From Auanema rhodensis (Eukaryota; Animalia; Nematoda), in NCBI GenBank assembly GCA_964057225.1, contig OZ059900.1, forward strand, positions 18,786,001-18,850,000: DNA of 64,000 nucleotides, given 5' to 3'. Made by a program: the position numbers and the translations under genes. Positions 10,400 to 24,699 of the stretch are shown here, in pieces. The notes beneath the pieces were generated by a model that did no database searches, was not told the origin of the DNA, and saw only the letters and a program-made list of their open reading frames with translations. Numbering within the stretch: position 1 is the first letter of the stretch; every line of letters begins with the position of its first letter.

Positions 10400-13300
10400 T
10401 GTTCAAACTCATGCAATGTCAATGAAACCTAGCTCAAAATTGTTCGTACAACGTCTAGTTCCACTTTCACGACAAAAAAACAGGGGTTAGAAAATTGAGG
10501 AAATTAGCATATTCTGAGGGCACGCCCCTTATGGCTAATATTGATTAAATCGATTTTTGTTCATATGAGTCGTCAAATGCAATTAATTTCAGCGTGTCAC
10601 ATACTAAAATGAAGCATTTTACATGCTGAACACTAAAAAAATACAAAAACACAGTATTTCCCATGAGAAATATTTTATTATGCTGGAAAACGAGTTTTTG
10701 GAAATTTCGCTGTAAACAAGGTTTTGACTTACGATTTCATGTGTTCAAACTCATGCAATGTCAATGAAATCTAGCTCAAAATTGTTCCTACAACGTCTAG
10801 TTCCACTTTCACGACAAAAAAACAGGGGTTAGAAAATTAAGGAAATTAGCAGATTCTGAGGGCACGCCCTTTATGGCTTATATTGATTAAATCGATTTTT
10901 GTTCATATGAGTCGTCAAATGCAACGAATTTCAGCGTGTTACATACTAAAATGAAACATTTTACATGCTGAACACTATAAAAATACAAAAACACAGTATT
11001 TCCCATGAGAAATATTTTATTATGCTGGAAAACCAGTTTTTGGAAATTTCGCTGTAAACAAGGTTTTGACTTACGATTTCATGTGTTCAAACTCATGCAA
11101 TGTCAATGAAACCTAGCTCAAAATTGTTCCTACAACGTCTAGTTCCACTTTCACGACAACAAAACAGGGGTTAGAAAATTAAGGAAATTAGCATAATCTG
11201 AGGGCACGCCCTTTATGGCTAATATTGATTAAATCGATTTTTGTTCATATGAGTCGTCAAATGCAACGAATTTCAGCGTGTTACATACTAAAATGAAACA
11301 TTTTACATGCTGAACACTATAAAAATACAAAAACACAGTATTTCCCATGAGAAATATTTTATTATGCTGGAAAACCAGTTTTTGGAAATTTCGCTGTAAA
11401 CAAGGTTTTGACTTACGATTTCATGTGTTCAAACTCATGCAATGTCAATGAAATCTAGCTCGAAATTGTTCCTACAACGTCTAGTTCCACTTTCACGACA
11501 AAAAAACAGGGGTTAGAAAATTAAGGAAATTAGCATATTCTGAGGGCACGCCCTTTATGGCTAATATTGATTAAATCGATTTTTGTTCATATGAGTCGTC
11601 AAATGAAACGAATTTCAGCGTGTTACATACTAAAATGAAGCATTTTACATGCTGAACACTAGAAAAATACAAAAACACAGTATTTCCCATGAGAAATATT
11701 TTATTATGCTGGAAAACCAGTTTTTGGAAATTTCGCTGTAAACAAGGTTTTGACTTACGATTTCATGTGTTCAAACTCATGCAATGTCAATGAAACCTAG
11801 CTCAAAATTGTTCCTACAACGTCTAGTTCCACTTTCACGACAAAAAAAAAAGGGGTTAGAAAATTAAGGAAATTAGCATATTCTGAGGGCACGCCTCTTA
11901 TGGCTAATATTGATTAAATCGATTTTTGTTCATATGAGTCGTCAAATGCAACGAATTTCAGCGTGTTACATACTAAAATGAAGCATTTTACATGCTGAAC
12001 ACTATAAAAATACAAAAACACAGTATTTCCCATGAGAAATATTTTATTATGCTGGAAAACCAGTTTTTGGAAATTTCGCTGTAAACAAGGTTTTGACTTA
12101 CGATTTCATGTGTTCAAACTCATGCAATGTCAATGAAACCTAGCTCAAAATTGTTCCTACAACGTCTAGTTCCACTTTCACGACAACAAAACAGGGGTTA
12201 GAAAATTAAGGAAATTAGCATATTCTGAGGGCACGCCCCTTATGGCTAATATTGATTAAATCGATTTTTGTTCATATGAGTCGTCAAATGCAACGAATTT
12301 CAGCGTGTTACATACTAAAATGAAGCATTTCACATGCTGAACACTAGAAAAATACAAAAACACAGTATTTCCCATGAGAAATATTTTATTATGCTGGAAA
12401 ACCAGTTTTTGGAAATTTCGCTGTAAACAAGGTTTTGACTTACGATTTCATGTGTTCAAACTCATGCAATGTCAATGAAACCTAGCTCAAAATTGTTGGT
12501 ACAACGTCTAGTTCCACTTTCACGACAAAAAAACAGGGGTTAGAAAATTGAGGAAATTAGCATAATCTGAGGGCACGCCCCTTATGGCTAATATTGATTA
12601 AATCGATTTTTGTTCATATGAGTCGTCAAATGCAATTAATTTCAGCGTGTCACATACTAAAATGAAGCATTTTACATGCTGAACACTAAAAAAATACAAA
12701 AACACAGTATTTCCCATGAGAAATATTTTATTATGCTGGAAAACGAGTTTTTGGAAATTTCGCTGTAAACAAGGTTTTGACTTACGATTTCATGTGTTCA
12801 AACTCATGCAATGTCAATGAAATCTAGCTCAAAATTGTTCCTACAACGTCTAGTTCCACTTTCACGACAAAAAAACAGGGGTTAGAAAATTAAGGAAATT
12901 AGCAGATTCTGAGGGCACGCCCTTTATGGCTTATATTGATTAAATCGATTTTTGTTCATATGAGTCGTCAAATGCAACGAATTTCAGCGTGTTACATACT
13001 AAAATGAAACATTTTACATGCTGAACACTATAAAAATACAAAAACACAGTATTTCCCATGAGAAATATTTTATTATGCTGGAAAACCAGTTTTTGGAAAT
13101 TTCGCTGTAAACAAGGTTTTGACTTACGATTTCATGTGTTCAAACTCATGCAATGTCAATGAAACCTAGCTCAAAATTGTTCCTACAACGTCTAGTTCCA
13201 CTTTCACGACAACAAAACAGGGGTTAGAAAATTAAGGAAATTAGCATAATCTGAGGGCACGCCCCTTATGGCTAATATTGATTAAATCGATTTTTGTTCA

Positions 13301-16300
13301 TATGAGTCGTCAAATGCAATTAATTTCAGCGTGTCACATACTAAAATGAAGCATTTTACATGCTGAACACTAAAAAAATACAAAAACACAGTATTTCCCA
13401 TGAGAAATATTTTATTATGCTGGAAAACGAGTTTTTGGAAATTTCGCTGTAAACAAGGTTTTGACTTACGATTTCATGTGTTCAAACTCATGCAATGTCA
13501 ATGAAATCTAGCTCGAAATTGTTCCTACAACGTCTAGTTCCACTTTCACGACAAAAAAACAGGGGTTAGAAAATTAAGGAAATTAGCAGATTCTGAGGGC
13601 ACGCCCTTTATGGCTTATATTGATTAAATCGATTTTTGTTCATATGAGTCGTCAAATGCAACGAATTTCAGCGTGTTACATACTAAAATGAAGCATTTTA
13701 CATGCTGAACACTAGAAAAATACAAAAACACAGTATTTCCCATGAGAAATATTTTATTATGCTGGAAAACCAGTTTTTGGAAATTTCGCTGTAAACAAGG
13801 TTTTGACTTACGATTTCATGTGTTCAAACTCATGCAATGTCAATGAAACCTAGCTCAAAATTGTTCGTACAACGTCTAGTTCCACTTTCACGACAAAAAA
13901 ACAGGGGTTAGAAAATTAAGGAAATTAGCATATTCTGAGGGCACGCCCCTTATGGCTAATATTGATTAAATCGATTTTTGTTCATATGAGTCGTCAAATG
14001 CAACGAATTTCAGCGTGTTACATACTAAAATGAAGCATTTTACATGCTGAACACTAAAAAAATACAAAAACACAGTATTTCCCATGAGAAATATTTTATT
14101 ATGCTGGAAAACGAGTTTTTGGAAATTTCGCTGTAAACAAGGTTTTGACTTACGATTTCATGTGTTCAAACTCATGCAATGTCAATGAAACCTAGCTCAA
14201 AATTGTTCCTACAACGTCTAGTTCCACTTTCACGACAAAAAAACAGGGGTTAGAAAATTAAGGAAATTAGCATATTCTGAGGGCACGCCCTTTATGGCTA
14301 ATATTGATTAAATCGATTTTTGTTCATATGAGTCGTCAAATGCAACGAATTTCAGCGTGTTACATACTAAAATGAAACATTTTACATGCTGAACACTATA
14401 AAAATACAAAAACACAGTATTTCCCATGAGAAATATTTTATTATGCTGGAAAACGAGTTTTTGGAAATTTCGCTGTAAACAAGGTTTTGACTTACGATTT
14501 CATGTGTTCAAACTCATGCAATGTCAATGAAACCTAGCTCAAAATTGTTCCTACAACGTCTAGTTCCACTTTCACGACAAAAAAACAGGGGTTAGAAAAT
14601 TAAGGAAATTAGCATATTCTGAGGGCACGCCCCTTATGGCTAATATTGATTAAATCGATTTTTGTTCATATGAGTCGTCAAATGAAACGAATTTCAGCGT
14701 GTTACATACTAAAATGAAGCATTTTACATGCTGAACACTAGAAAAATACAAAAACACAGTATTTCCCATGAGAAATATTTTATTATGCTGGAAAACCAGT
14801 TTTTGGAAATTTCGCTGTAAACAAGGTTTTGACTTACGATTTCATGTGTTCAAACTCATGCAATGTCAATGAAACCTAGCTCAAAATTGTTCCTACAACG
14901 TCTAGTTCCACTTTCACGACAACAAAACAGGGGTTAGAAAATTAAGGAAATTAGCATATTCTGAGGGCACGCCCCTTATGGCTAATATTGATTAAATCGA
15001 TTTTTGTTCATATGAGTCGTCAAATGCAACGAATTTCAGCGTGTTACATACTAAAATGAAACATTTTACATGCTGAACACTATAAAAATACAAAAACACA
15101 GTATTTCCCATGAGAAATATTTTATTATGCTGGAAAACGAGTTTTTGGAAATTTCGCTGTAAACAAGGTTTTGACTTACGATTTCATGTGTTCAAACTCA
15201 TGCAATGTCAATGAAACCTAGCTCAAAATTGTTCCTACAACGTCTAGTTCCACTTTCACGACAAAAAAACAGGGGTTAGAAAATTAAGGAAATTAGCATA
15301 TTCTGAGGGCACGCCCCTTATGGCTAATATTGATTAAATCGATTTTTGTTCATATGAGTCGTCAAATGAAACGAATTTCAGCGTGTTACATACTAAAATG
15401 AAGCATTTTACATGCTGAACACTAGAAAAATACAAAAACACAGTATTTCCCATGAGAAATATTTTATTATGCTGGAAAACCAGTTTTTGGAAATTTCGCT
15501 GTAAACAAGGTTTTGACTTACGATTTCATGTGTTCAAACTCATGCAATGTCAATGAAACCTAGCTCAAAATTGTTCCTACAACGTCTAGTTCCACTTTCA
15601 CGACAACAAAACAGGGGTTAGAAAATTAAGGAAATTAGCATATTCTGAGGGCACGCCCCTTATGGCTAATATTGATTAAATCGATTTTTGTTCATATGAG
15701 TCGTCAAATGCAACGAATTTCAGCGTGTTACATACTAAAATGAAGCATTTCACATGCTGAACACTAGAAAAATACAAAAACACAGTATTTCCTATGAGAA
15801 ATATTTTATTATGCTGGAAAACCAGTTTTTGGAAATTTCGCTGTAAACAAGGTTTTGACTTACGATTTCATGTGTTCAAACTCATGCAATGTCAATGAAA
15901 CCTAGCTCAAAATTGTTCCTACAACGTCTAGTTCCACTTTCACGACAAAAAAACAGGGGTTAGAAAATTAAGGAAATTAGCATATTCTGAGGGCACGCCT
16001 CTTATGGCTAATATTGATTAAATCGATTTTTGTTCATATGAGTCGTCAAATGCAACGAATTTCAGCGTGTTACATACTAAAATGAAGCATTTTACATGCT
16101 GAACACTATAAAAATACAAAAACACAGTATTTCCCATGAGAAATATTTTATTATGCTGGAAAACCAGTTTTTGGAAATTTCGCTGTAAACAAGGTTTTGA
16201 CTTACGATTTCATGTGTTCAAACTCATGCAATGTCAATGAAACCTAGCTCAAAATTGTTCCTACAACGTCTAGTTCCACTTTCACGACAACAAAACAGGG

Positions 16301-19300
16301 GTTAGAAAATTAAGGAAATTAGCATATTCTGAGGGCACGCCCCTTATGGCTAATATTGATTAAATCGATTTTTGTTCATATGAGTCGTCAAATGCAACGA
16401 ATTTCAGCGTGTTACATACTAAAATGAAGCATTTCACATGCTGAACACTAGAAAAATACAAAAACACAGTATTTCCCATGAGAAATATTTTATTATGCTG
16501 GAAAACCAGTTTTTGGAAATTTCGCTGTAAACAAGGTTTTGACTTACGATTTCATGTGTTCAAACTCATGCAATGTCAATGAAACCTAGCTCAAAATTGT
16601 TGGTACAACGTCTAGTTCCACTTTCACGACAAAAAAACAGGGGTTAGAAAATTGAGGAAATTAGCATAATCTGAGGGCACGCCCCTTATGGCTAATATTG
16701 ATTAAATCGATTTTTGTTCATATGAGTCGTCAAATGCAATTAATTTCAGCGTGTCACATACTAAAATGAAGCATTTTACATGCTGAACACTAAAAAAATA
16801 CAAAAACACAGTATTTCCCATGAGAAATATTTTATTATGCTGGAAAACGAGTTTTTGGAAATTTCGCTGTAAACAAGGTTTTGACTTACGATTTCATGTG
16901 TTCAAACTCATGCAATGTCAATGAAATCTAGCTCGAAATTGTTCCTACAACGTCTAGTTCCACTTTCACGACAAAAAAACAGGGGTTAGAAAATTAAGGA
17001 AATTAGCAGATTCTGAGGGCACGCCCTTTATGGCTTATATTGATTAAATCGATTTTTGTTCATATGAGTCGTCAAATGCAACGAATTTCAGCGTGTTACA
17101 TACTAAAATGAAACATTTTACATGCTGAACACTATAAAAATACAAAAACACAGTATTTCCCATGAGAAATATTTTATTATGCTGGAAAACCAGTTTTTGG
17201 AAATTTCGCTGTAAACAAGGTTTTGACTTACGATTTCATGTGTTCAAACTCATGCAATGTCAATGAAACCTAGCTCAAAATTGTTCGTACAACGTCTAGT
17301 TCCACTTTCACGACAAAAAAACAGGGGTTAGAAAATTAAGGAAATTAGCATATTCTGAGGGCACGCCCCTTATGGCTAATATTGATTAAATCGATTTTTG
17401 TTCATATGAGTCGTCAAATGCAACGAATTTCAGCGTGTTACATACTAAAATGAAGCATTTTACATGCTGAACACTAAAAAAATACAAAAACACAGTATTT
17501 CCCATGAGAAATATTTTATTATGCTGGAAAACGAGTTTTTGGAAATTTCGCTGTAAACAAGGTTTTGACTTACGATTTCATGTGTTCAAACTCATGCAAT
17601 GTCAATGAAACCTAGCTCAAAATTGTTCCTACAACGTCTAGTTCCACTTTCACGACAAAAAAACAGGGGTTAGAAAATTAAGGAAATTAGCATATTCTGA
17701 GGGCACGCCCCTTATGGCTAATATTGATTAAATCGATTTTTGTTCATATGAGTCGTCAAATGAAACGAATTTCAGCGTGTTACATACTAAAATGAAGCAT
17801 TTTACATGCTGAACACTAGAAAAATACAAAAACACAGTATTTCCCATGAGAAATATTTTATTATGCTGGAAAACCAGTTTTTGGAAATTTCGCTGTAAAC
17901 AAGGTTTTGACTTACGATTTCATGTGTTCAAACTCATGCAATGTCAATGAAACCTAGCTCAAAATTGTTCCTACAACGTCTAGTTCCACTTTCACGACAA
18001 CAAAACAGGGGTTAGAAAATTAAGGAAATTAGCATATTCTGAGGGCACGCCCCTTATGGCTAATATTGATTAAATCGATTTTTGTTCATATGAGTCGTCA
18101 AATGCAACGAATTTCAGCGTGTTACATACTAAAATGAAGCATTTCACATGCTGAACACTAGAAAAATACAAAAACACAGTATTTCCTATGAGAAATATTT
18201 TATTATGCTGGAAAACCAGTTTTTGGAAATTTCGCTGTAAACAAGGTTTTGACTTACGATTTCATGTGTTCAAACTCATGCAATGTCAATGAAACCTAGC
18301 TCAAAATTGTTCCTACAACGTCTAGTTCCACTTTCACGACAAAAAAACAGGGGTTAGAAAATTAAGGAAATTAGCATATTCTGAGGGCACGCCTCTTATG
18401 GCTAATATTGATTAAATCGATTTTTGTTCATATGAGTCGTCAAATGCAACGAATTTCAGCGTGTTACATACTAAAATGAAGCATTTTACATGCTGAACAC
18501 TATAAAAATACAAAAACACAGTATTTCCCATGAGAAATATTTTATTATGCTGGAAAACCAGTTTTTGGAAATTTCGCTGTAAACAAGGTTTTGACTTACG
18601 ATTTCATGTGTTCAAACTCATGCAATGTCAATGAAACCTAGCTCAAAATTGTTCGTACAACGTCTAGTTCCACTTTCACGACAAAAAAACAGGGGTTAGA
18701 AAATTGAGGAAATTAGCATATTCTGAGGGCACGCCCCTTATGGCTAATATTGATTAAATCGATTTTTGTTCATATGAGTCGTCAAATGCAATTAATTTCA
18801 GCGTGTCACATACTAAAATGAAGCATTTTACATGCTGAACACTAAAAAAATACAAAAACACAGTATTTCCCATGAGAAATATTTTATTATGCTGGAAAAC
18901 GAGTTTTTGGAAATTTCGCTGTAAACAAGGTTTTGACTTACGATTTCATGTGTTCAAACTCATGCAATGTCAATGAAATCTAGCTCAAAATTGTTCCTAC
19001 AACGTCTAGTTCCACTTTCACGACAAAAAAACAGGGGTTAGAAAATTAAGGAAATTAGCAGATTCTGAGGGCACGCCCTTTATGGCTTATATTGATTAAA
19101 TCGATTTTTGTTCATATGAGTCGTCAAATGCAACGAATTTCAGCGTGTTACATACTAAAATGAAACATTTTACATGCTGAACACTATAAAAATACAAAAA
19201 CACAGTATTTCCCATGAGAAATATTTTATTATGCTGGAAAACCAGTTTTTGGAAATTTCGCTGTAAACAAGGTTTTGACTTACGATTTCATGTGTTCAAA

Positions 19301-22300
19301 CTCATGCAATGTCAATGAAACCTAGCTCAAAATTGTTCCTACAACGTCTAGTTCCACTTTCACGACAACAAAACAGGGGTTAGAAAATTAAGGAAATTAG
19401 CATAATCTGAGGGCACGCCCTTTATGGCTAATATTGATTAAATCGATTTTTGTTCATATGAGTCGTCAAATGCAACGAATTTCAGCGTGTTACATACTAA
19501 AATGAAACATTTTACATGCTGAACACTATAAAAATACAAAAACACAGTATTTCCCATGAGAAATATTTTATTATGCTGGAAAACCAGTTTTTGGAAATTT
19601 CGCTGTAAACAAGGTTTTGACTTACGATTTCATGTGTTCAAACTCATGCAATGTCAATGAAATCTAGCTCGAAATTGTTCCTACAACGTCTAGTTCCACT
19701 TTCACGACAAAAAAACAGGGGTTAGAAAATTAAGGAAATTAGCATATTCTGAGGGCACGCCCTTTATGGCTAATATTGATTAAATCGATTTTTGTTCATA
19801 TGAGTCGTCAAATGAAACGAATTTCAGCGTGTTACATACTAAAATGAAGCATTTTACATGCTGAACACTAGAAAAATACAAAAACACAGTATTTCCCATG
19901 AGAAATATTTTATTATGCTGGAAAACCAGTTTTTGGAAATTTCGCTGTAAACAAGGTTTTGACTTACGATTTCATGTGTTCAAACTCATGCAATGTCAAT
20001 GAAACCTAGCTCAAAATTGTTCCTACAACGTCTAGTTCCACTTTCACGACAACAAAACAGGGGTTAGAAAATTAAGGAAATTAGCATATTCTGAGGGCAC
20101 GCCCCTTATGGCTAATATTGATTAAATCGATTTTTGTTCATATGAGTCGTCAAATGCAACGAATTTCAGCGTGTTACATACTAAAATGAAGCATTTCACA
20201 TGCTGAACACTAGAAAAATACAAAAACACAGTATTTCCTATGAGAAATATTTTATTATGCTGGAAAACCAGTTTTTGGAAATTTCGCTGTAAACAAGGTT
20301 TTGACTTACGATTTCATGTGTTCAAACTCATGCAATGTCAATGAAACCTAGCTCAAAATTGTTCCTACAACGTCTAGTTCCACTTTCACGACAAAAAAAC
20401 AGGGGTTAGAAAATTAAGGAAATTAGCATATTCTGAGGGCACGCCTCTTATGGCTAATATTGATTAAATCGATTTTTGTTCATATGAGTCGTCAAATGCA
20501 ACGAATTTCAGCGTGTTACATACTAAAATGAAGCATTTTACATGCTGAACACTATAAAAATACAAAAACACAGTATTTCCCATGAGAAATATTTTATTAT
20601 GCTGGAAAACCAGTTTTTGGAAATTTCGCTGTAAACAAGGTTTTGACTTACGATTTCATGTGTTCAAACTCATGCAATGTCAATGAAACCTAGCTCAAAA
20701 TTGTTCCTACAACGTCTAGTTCCACTTTCACGACAACAAAACAGGGGTTAGAAAATTAAGGAAATTAGCATATTCTGAGGGCACGCCCCTTATGGCTAAT
20801 ATTGATTAAATCGATTTTTGTTCATATGAGTCGTCAAATGCAACGAATTTCAGCGTGTTACATACTAAAATGAAGCATTTCACATGCTGAACACTAGAAA
20901 AATACAAAAACACAGTATTTCCCATGAGAAATATTTTATTATGCTGGAAAACCAGTTTTTGGAAATTTCGCTGTAAACAAGGTTTTGACTTACGATTTCA
21001 TGTGTTCAAACTCATGCAATGTCAATGAAACCTAGCTCAAAATTGTTCGTACAACGTCTAGTTCCACTTTCACGACAAAAAAACAGGGGTTAGAAAATTG
21101 AGGAAATTAGCATAATCTGAGGGCACGCCCCTTATGGCTAATATTGATTAAATCGATTTTTGTTCATATGAGTCGTCAAATGCAATTAATTTCAGCGTGT
21201 CACATACTAAAATGAAGCATTTTACATGCTGAACACTAAAAAAATACAAAAACACAGTATTTCCCATGAGAAATATTTTATTATGCTGGAAAACGAGTTT
21301 TTGGAAATTTCGCTGTAAACAAGGTTTTGACTTACGATTTCATGTGTTCAAACTCATGCAATGTCAATGAAATCTAGCTCAAAATTGTTCCTACAACGTC
21401 TAGTTCCACTTTCACGACAAAAAAACAGGGGTTAGAAAATTAAGGAAATTAGCAGATTCTGAGGGCACGCCCTTTATGGCTTATATTGATTAAATCGATT
21501 TTTGTTCATATGAGTCGTCAAATGCAACGAATTTCAGCGTGTTACATACTAAAATGAAACATTTTACATGCTGAACACTATAAAAATACAAAAACACAGT
21601 ATTTCCCATGAGAAATATTTTATTATGCTGGAAAACCAGTTTTTGGAAATTTCGCTGTAAACAAGGTTTTGACTTACGATTTCATGTGTTCAAACTCATG
21701 CAATGTCAATGAAACCTAGCTCAAAATTGTTCCTACAACGTCTAGTTCCACTTTCACGACAACAAAACAGGGGTTAGAAAATTAAGGAAATTAGCATAAT
21801 CTGAGGGCACGCCCCTTATGGCTAATATTGATTAAATCGATTTTTGTTCATATGAGTCGTCAAATGCAATTAATTTCAGCGTGTCACATACTAAAATGAA
21901 GCATTTTACATGCTGAACACTAAAAAAATACAAAAACACAGTATTTCCCATGAGAAATATTTTATTATGCTGGAAAACGAGTTTTTGGAAATTTCGCTGT
22001 AAACAAGGTTTTGACTTACGATTTCATGTGTTCAAACTCATGCAATGTCAATGAAATCTAGCTCGAAATTGTTCCTACAACGTCTAGTTCCACTTTCACG
22101 ACAAAAAAACAGGGGTTAGAAAATTAAGGAAATTAGCAGATTCTGAGGGCACGCCCTTTATGGCTTATATTGATTAAATCGATTTTTGTTCATATGAGTC
22201 GTCAAATGCAACGAATTTCAGCGTGTTACATACTAAAATGAAACATTTTACATGCTGAACACTATAAAAATACAAAAACACAGTATTTCCCATGAGAAAT

Positions 22301-22800
22301 ATTTTATTATGCTGGAAAACCAGTTTTTGGAAATTTCGCTGTAAACAAGGTTTTGACTTACGATTTCATGTGTTCAAACTCATGCAATGTCAATGAAACC
22401 TAGCTCAAAATTGTTCGTACAACGTCTAGTTCCACTTTCACGACAAAAAAACAGGGGTTAGAAAATTAAGGAAATTAGCATATTCTGAGGGCACGCCCCT
22501 TATGGCTAATATTGATTAAATCGATTTTTGTTCATATGAGTCGTCAAATGCAACGAATTTCAGCGTGTTACATACTAAAATGAAGCATTTTACATGCTGA
22601 ACACTAAAAAAATACAAAAACACAGTATTTCCCATGAGAAATATTTTATTATGCTGGAAAACGAGTTTTTGGAAATTTCGCTGTAAACAAGGTTTTGACT
22701 TACGATTTCATGTGTTCAAACTCATGCAATGTCAATGAAACCTAGCTCAAAATTGTTCCTACAACGTCTAGTTCCACTTTCACGACAAAAAAACAGGGGT
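10400..22800 (+). repeat. Degenerate 24-25-monomer (8.2-8.55 kb) duplication with nested 12-mer and dimer repeats
   Basis: The SNP order at ~10400-11700 recurs about 8209 bp later (CATAAT+CTTT monomer ~11160/19369, ATCT+CGAAA ~11460/19670). The order at ~11850-14250 recurs 8550 bp later. TTGGTAC at ~12498 and ~16602 is 4104 bp (12x342) apart. Confidence 0.7.
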
Positions 22801-24699
22801 TAGAAAATTAAGGAAATTAGCATATTCTGAGGGCACGCCCCTTATGGCTAATATTGATTAAATCGATTTTTGTTCATATGAGTCGTCAAATGCAACGAAT
22901 TTCAGCGTGTTACATACTAAAATGAAGCATTTTACATGCTGAACACTAAAAAAATACAAAAACACAGTATTTCCCATGAGAAATATTTTATTATGCTGGA
23001 AAACGAGTTTTTGGAAATTTCGCTGTAAACAAGGTTTTGACTTACGATTTCATGTGTTCAAACTCATGCAATGTCAATGAAATCTAGCTCAAAATTGTTC
23101 CTACAACGTCTAGTTCCACTTTCACGACAAAAAAACAGGGGTTAGAAAATTAAGGAAATTAGCAGATTCTGAGGGCACGCCCTTTATGGCTTATATTGAT
23201 TAAATCGATTTTTGTTCATATGAGTCGTCAAATGCAACGAATTTCAGCGTGTTACATACTAAAATGAAACATTTTACATGCTGAACACTATAAAAATACA
23301 AAAACACAGTATTTCCCATGAGAAATATTTTATTATGCTGGAAAACCAGTTTTTGGAAATTTCGCTGTAAACAAGGTTTTGACTTACGATATCATGTGTT
23401 CAAACTCATGCAATGTCAATGAAACCTAGCTCAAAATTGTTCCTACAACGTCTAGTTCCACTTTCACGACAAAAAAACAGGGGTTAGAAAATTAAGGAAA
23501 TTAGCATATTCTGAGGGCACGCCCCTTATGGCTAATATTGATTAAATCGATTTTTGTTCATATGAGTCGTCAAATGCAATTAATTTCAGCGTGTTACATA
23601 CTAAAATGAAGCATTTTACATGCTGAACACTAAAAAAATACAAAAACACAGTATTTCCCATGAGAAATATTTTATTATGCTGGAAAACGAGTTTTTGGAA
23701 ATTTCGCTGTAAACAAGGTTTTGACTTACGATTTCATGTGTTCAAACTCATGCAATGTCAATGAAATCTAGCTCAAAATTGTTCCTACAACGTCTAGTTC
23801 CACTTTCACGACAAAAAAACAGGGGTTAGAAAATTAAGGAAATTAGCAGATTCTGAGGGCACGCCCTTTATGGCTTATATTGATTAAATCGATTTTTGTT
23901 CATATGAGTCGTCAAATGCAACGAATTTCAGCGTGTTACATACTAAAATGAAACATTTTACATGCTGAACACTATAAAAATACAAAAACACAGTATTTCC
24001 CATGAGAAATATTTTATTATGCTGGAAAACCAGTTTTTGGAAATTTCGCTGTAAACAAGGTTTTGACTTACGATTTCATGTGTTCAAACTCATGCAATGT
24101 CAATGAAACCTAGCTCAAAATTGTTCCTACAACGTCTAGTTCCACTTTCACGACAAAAAAACAGGGGTTAGAAAATTAAGGAAATTAGCATATTCTGAGG
24201 GCACGCCCCTTATGGCTAATATTGATTAAATCGATTTTTGTTCATATGAGTCGTCAAATGCAATTAATTTCAGCGTGTTACATACTAAAATGAAGCATTT
24301 TACATGCTGAACACTAAAAAAATACAAAAACACAGTATTTCCCATGAGAAATATTTTATTATGCTGGAAAACGAGTTTTTGGAAATTTCGCTGTAAACAA
24401 GGTTTTGACTTACGATTTCATGTGTTCAAACTCATGCAATGTCAATGAAATCTAGCTCAAAATTGTTCCTACAACGTCTAGTTCCACTTTCACGACAAAA
24501 AAACAGGGGTTAGAAAATTGAGGAAATTAGCAGATTCTGAGGGCACGCCCTTTATGGCTAATATTGATTAAATCGATTTTTGTTCATATGAGTCGTCAAA
24601 TGCAACGAATTTCAGCGTGTTACATACTAAAATGAAACATTTTACATGCTGAACACTATAAAAATACAAAAACACAGTATTTCCCATGAGAAATATTTT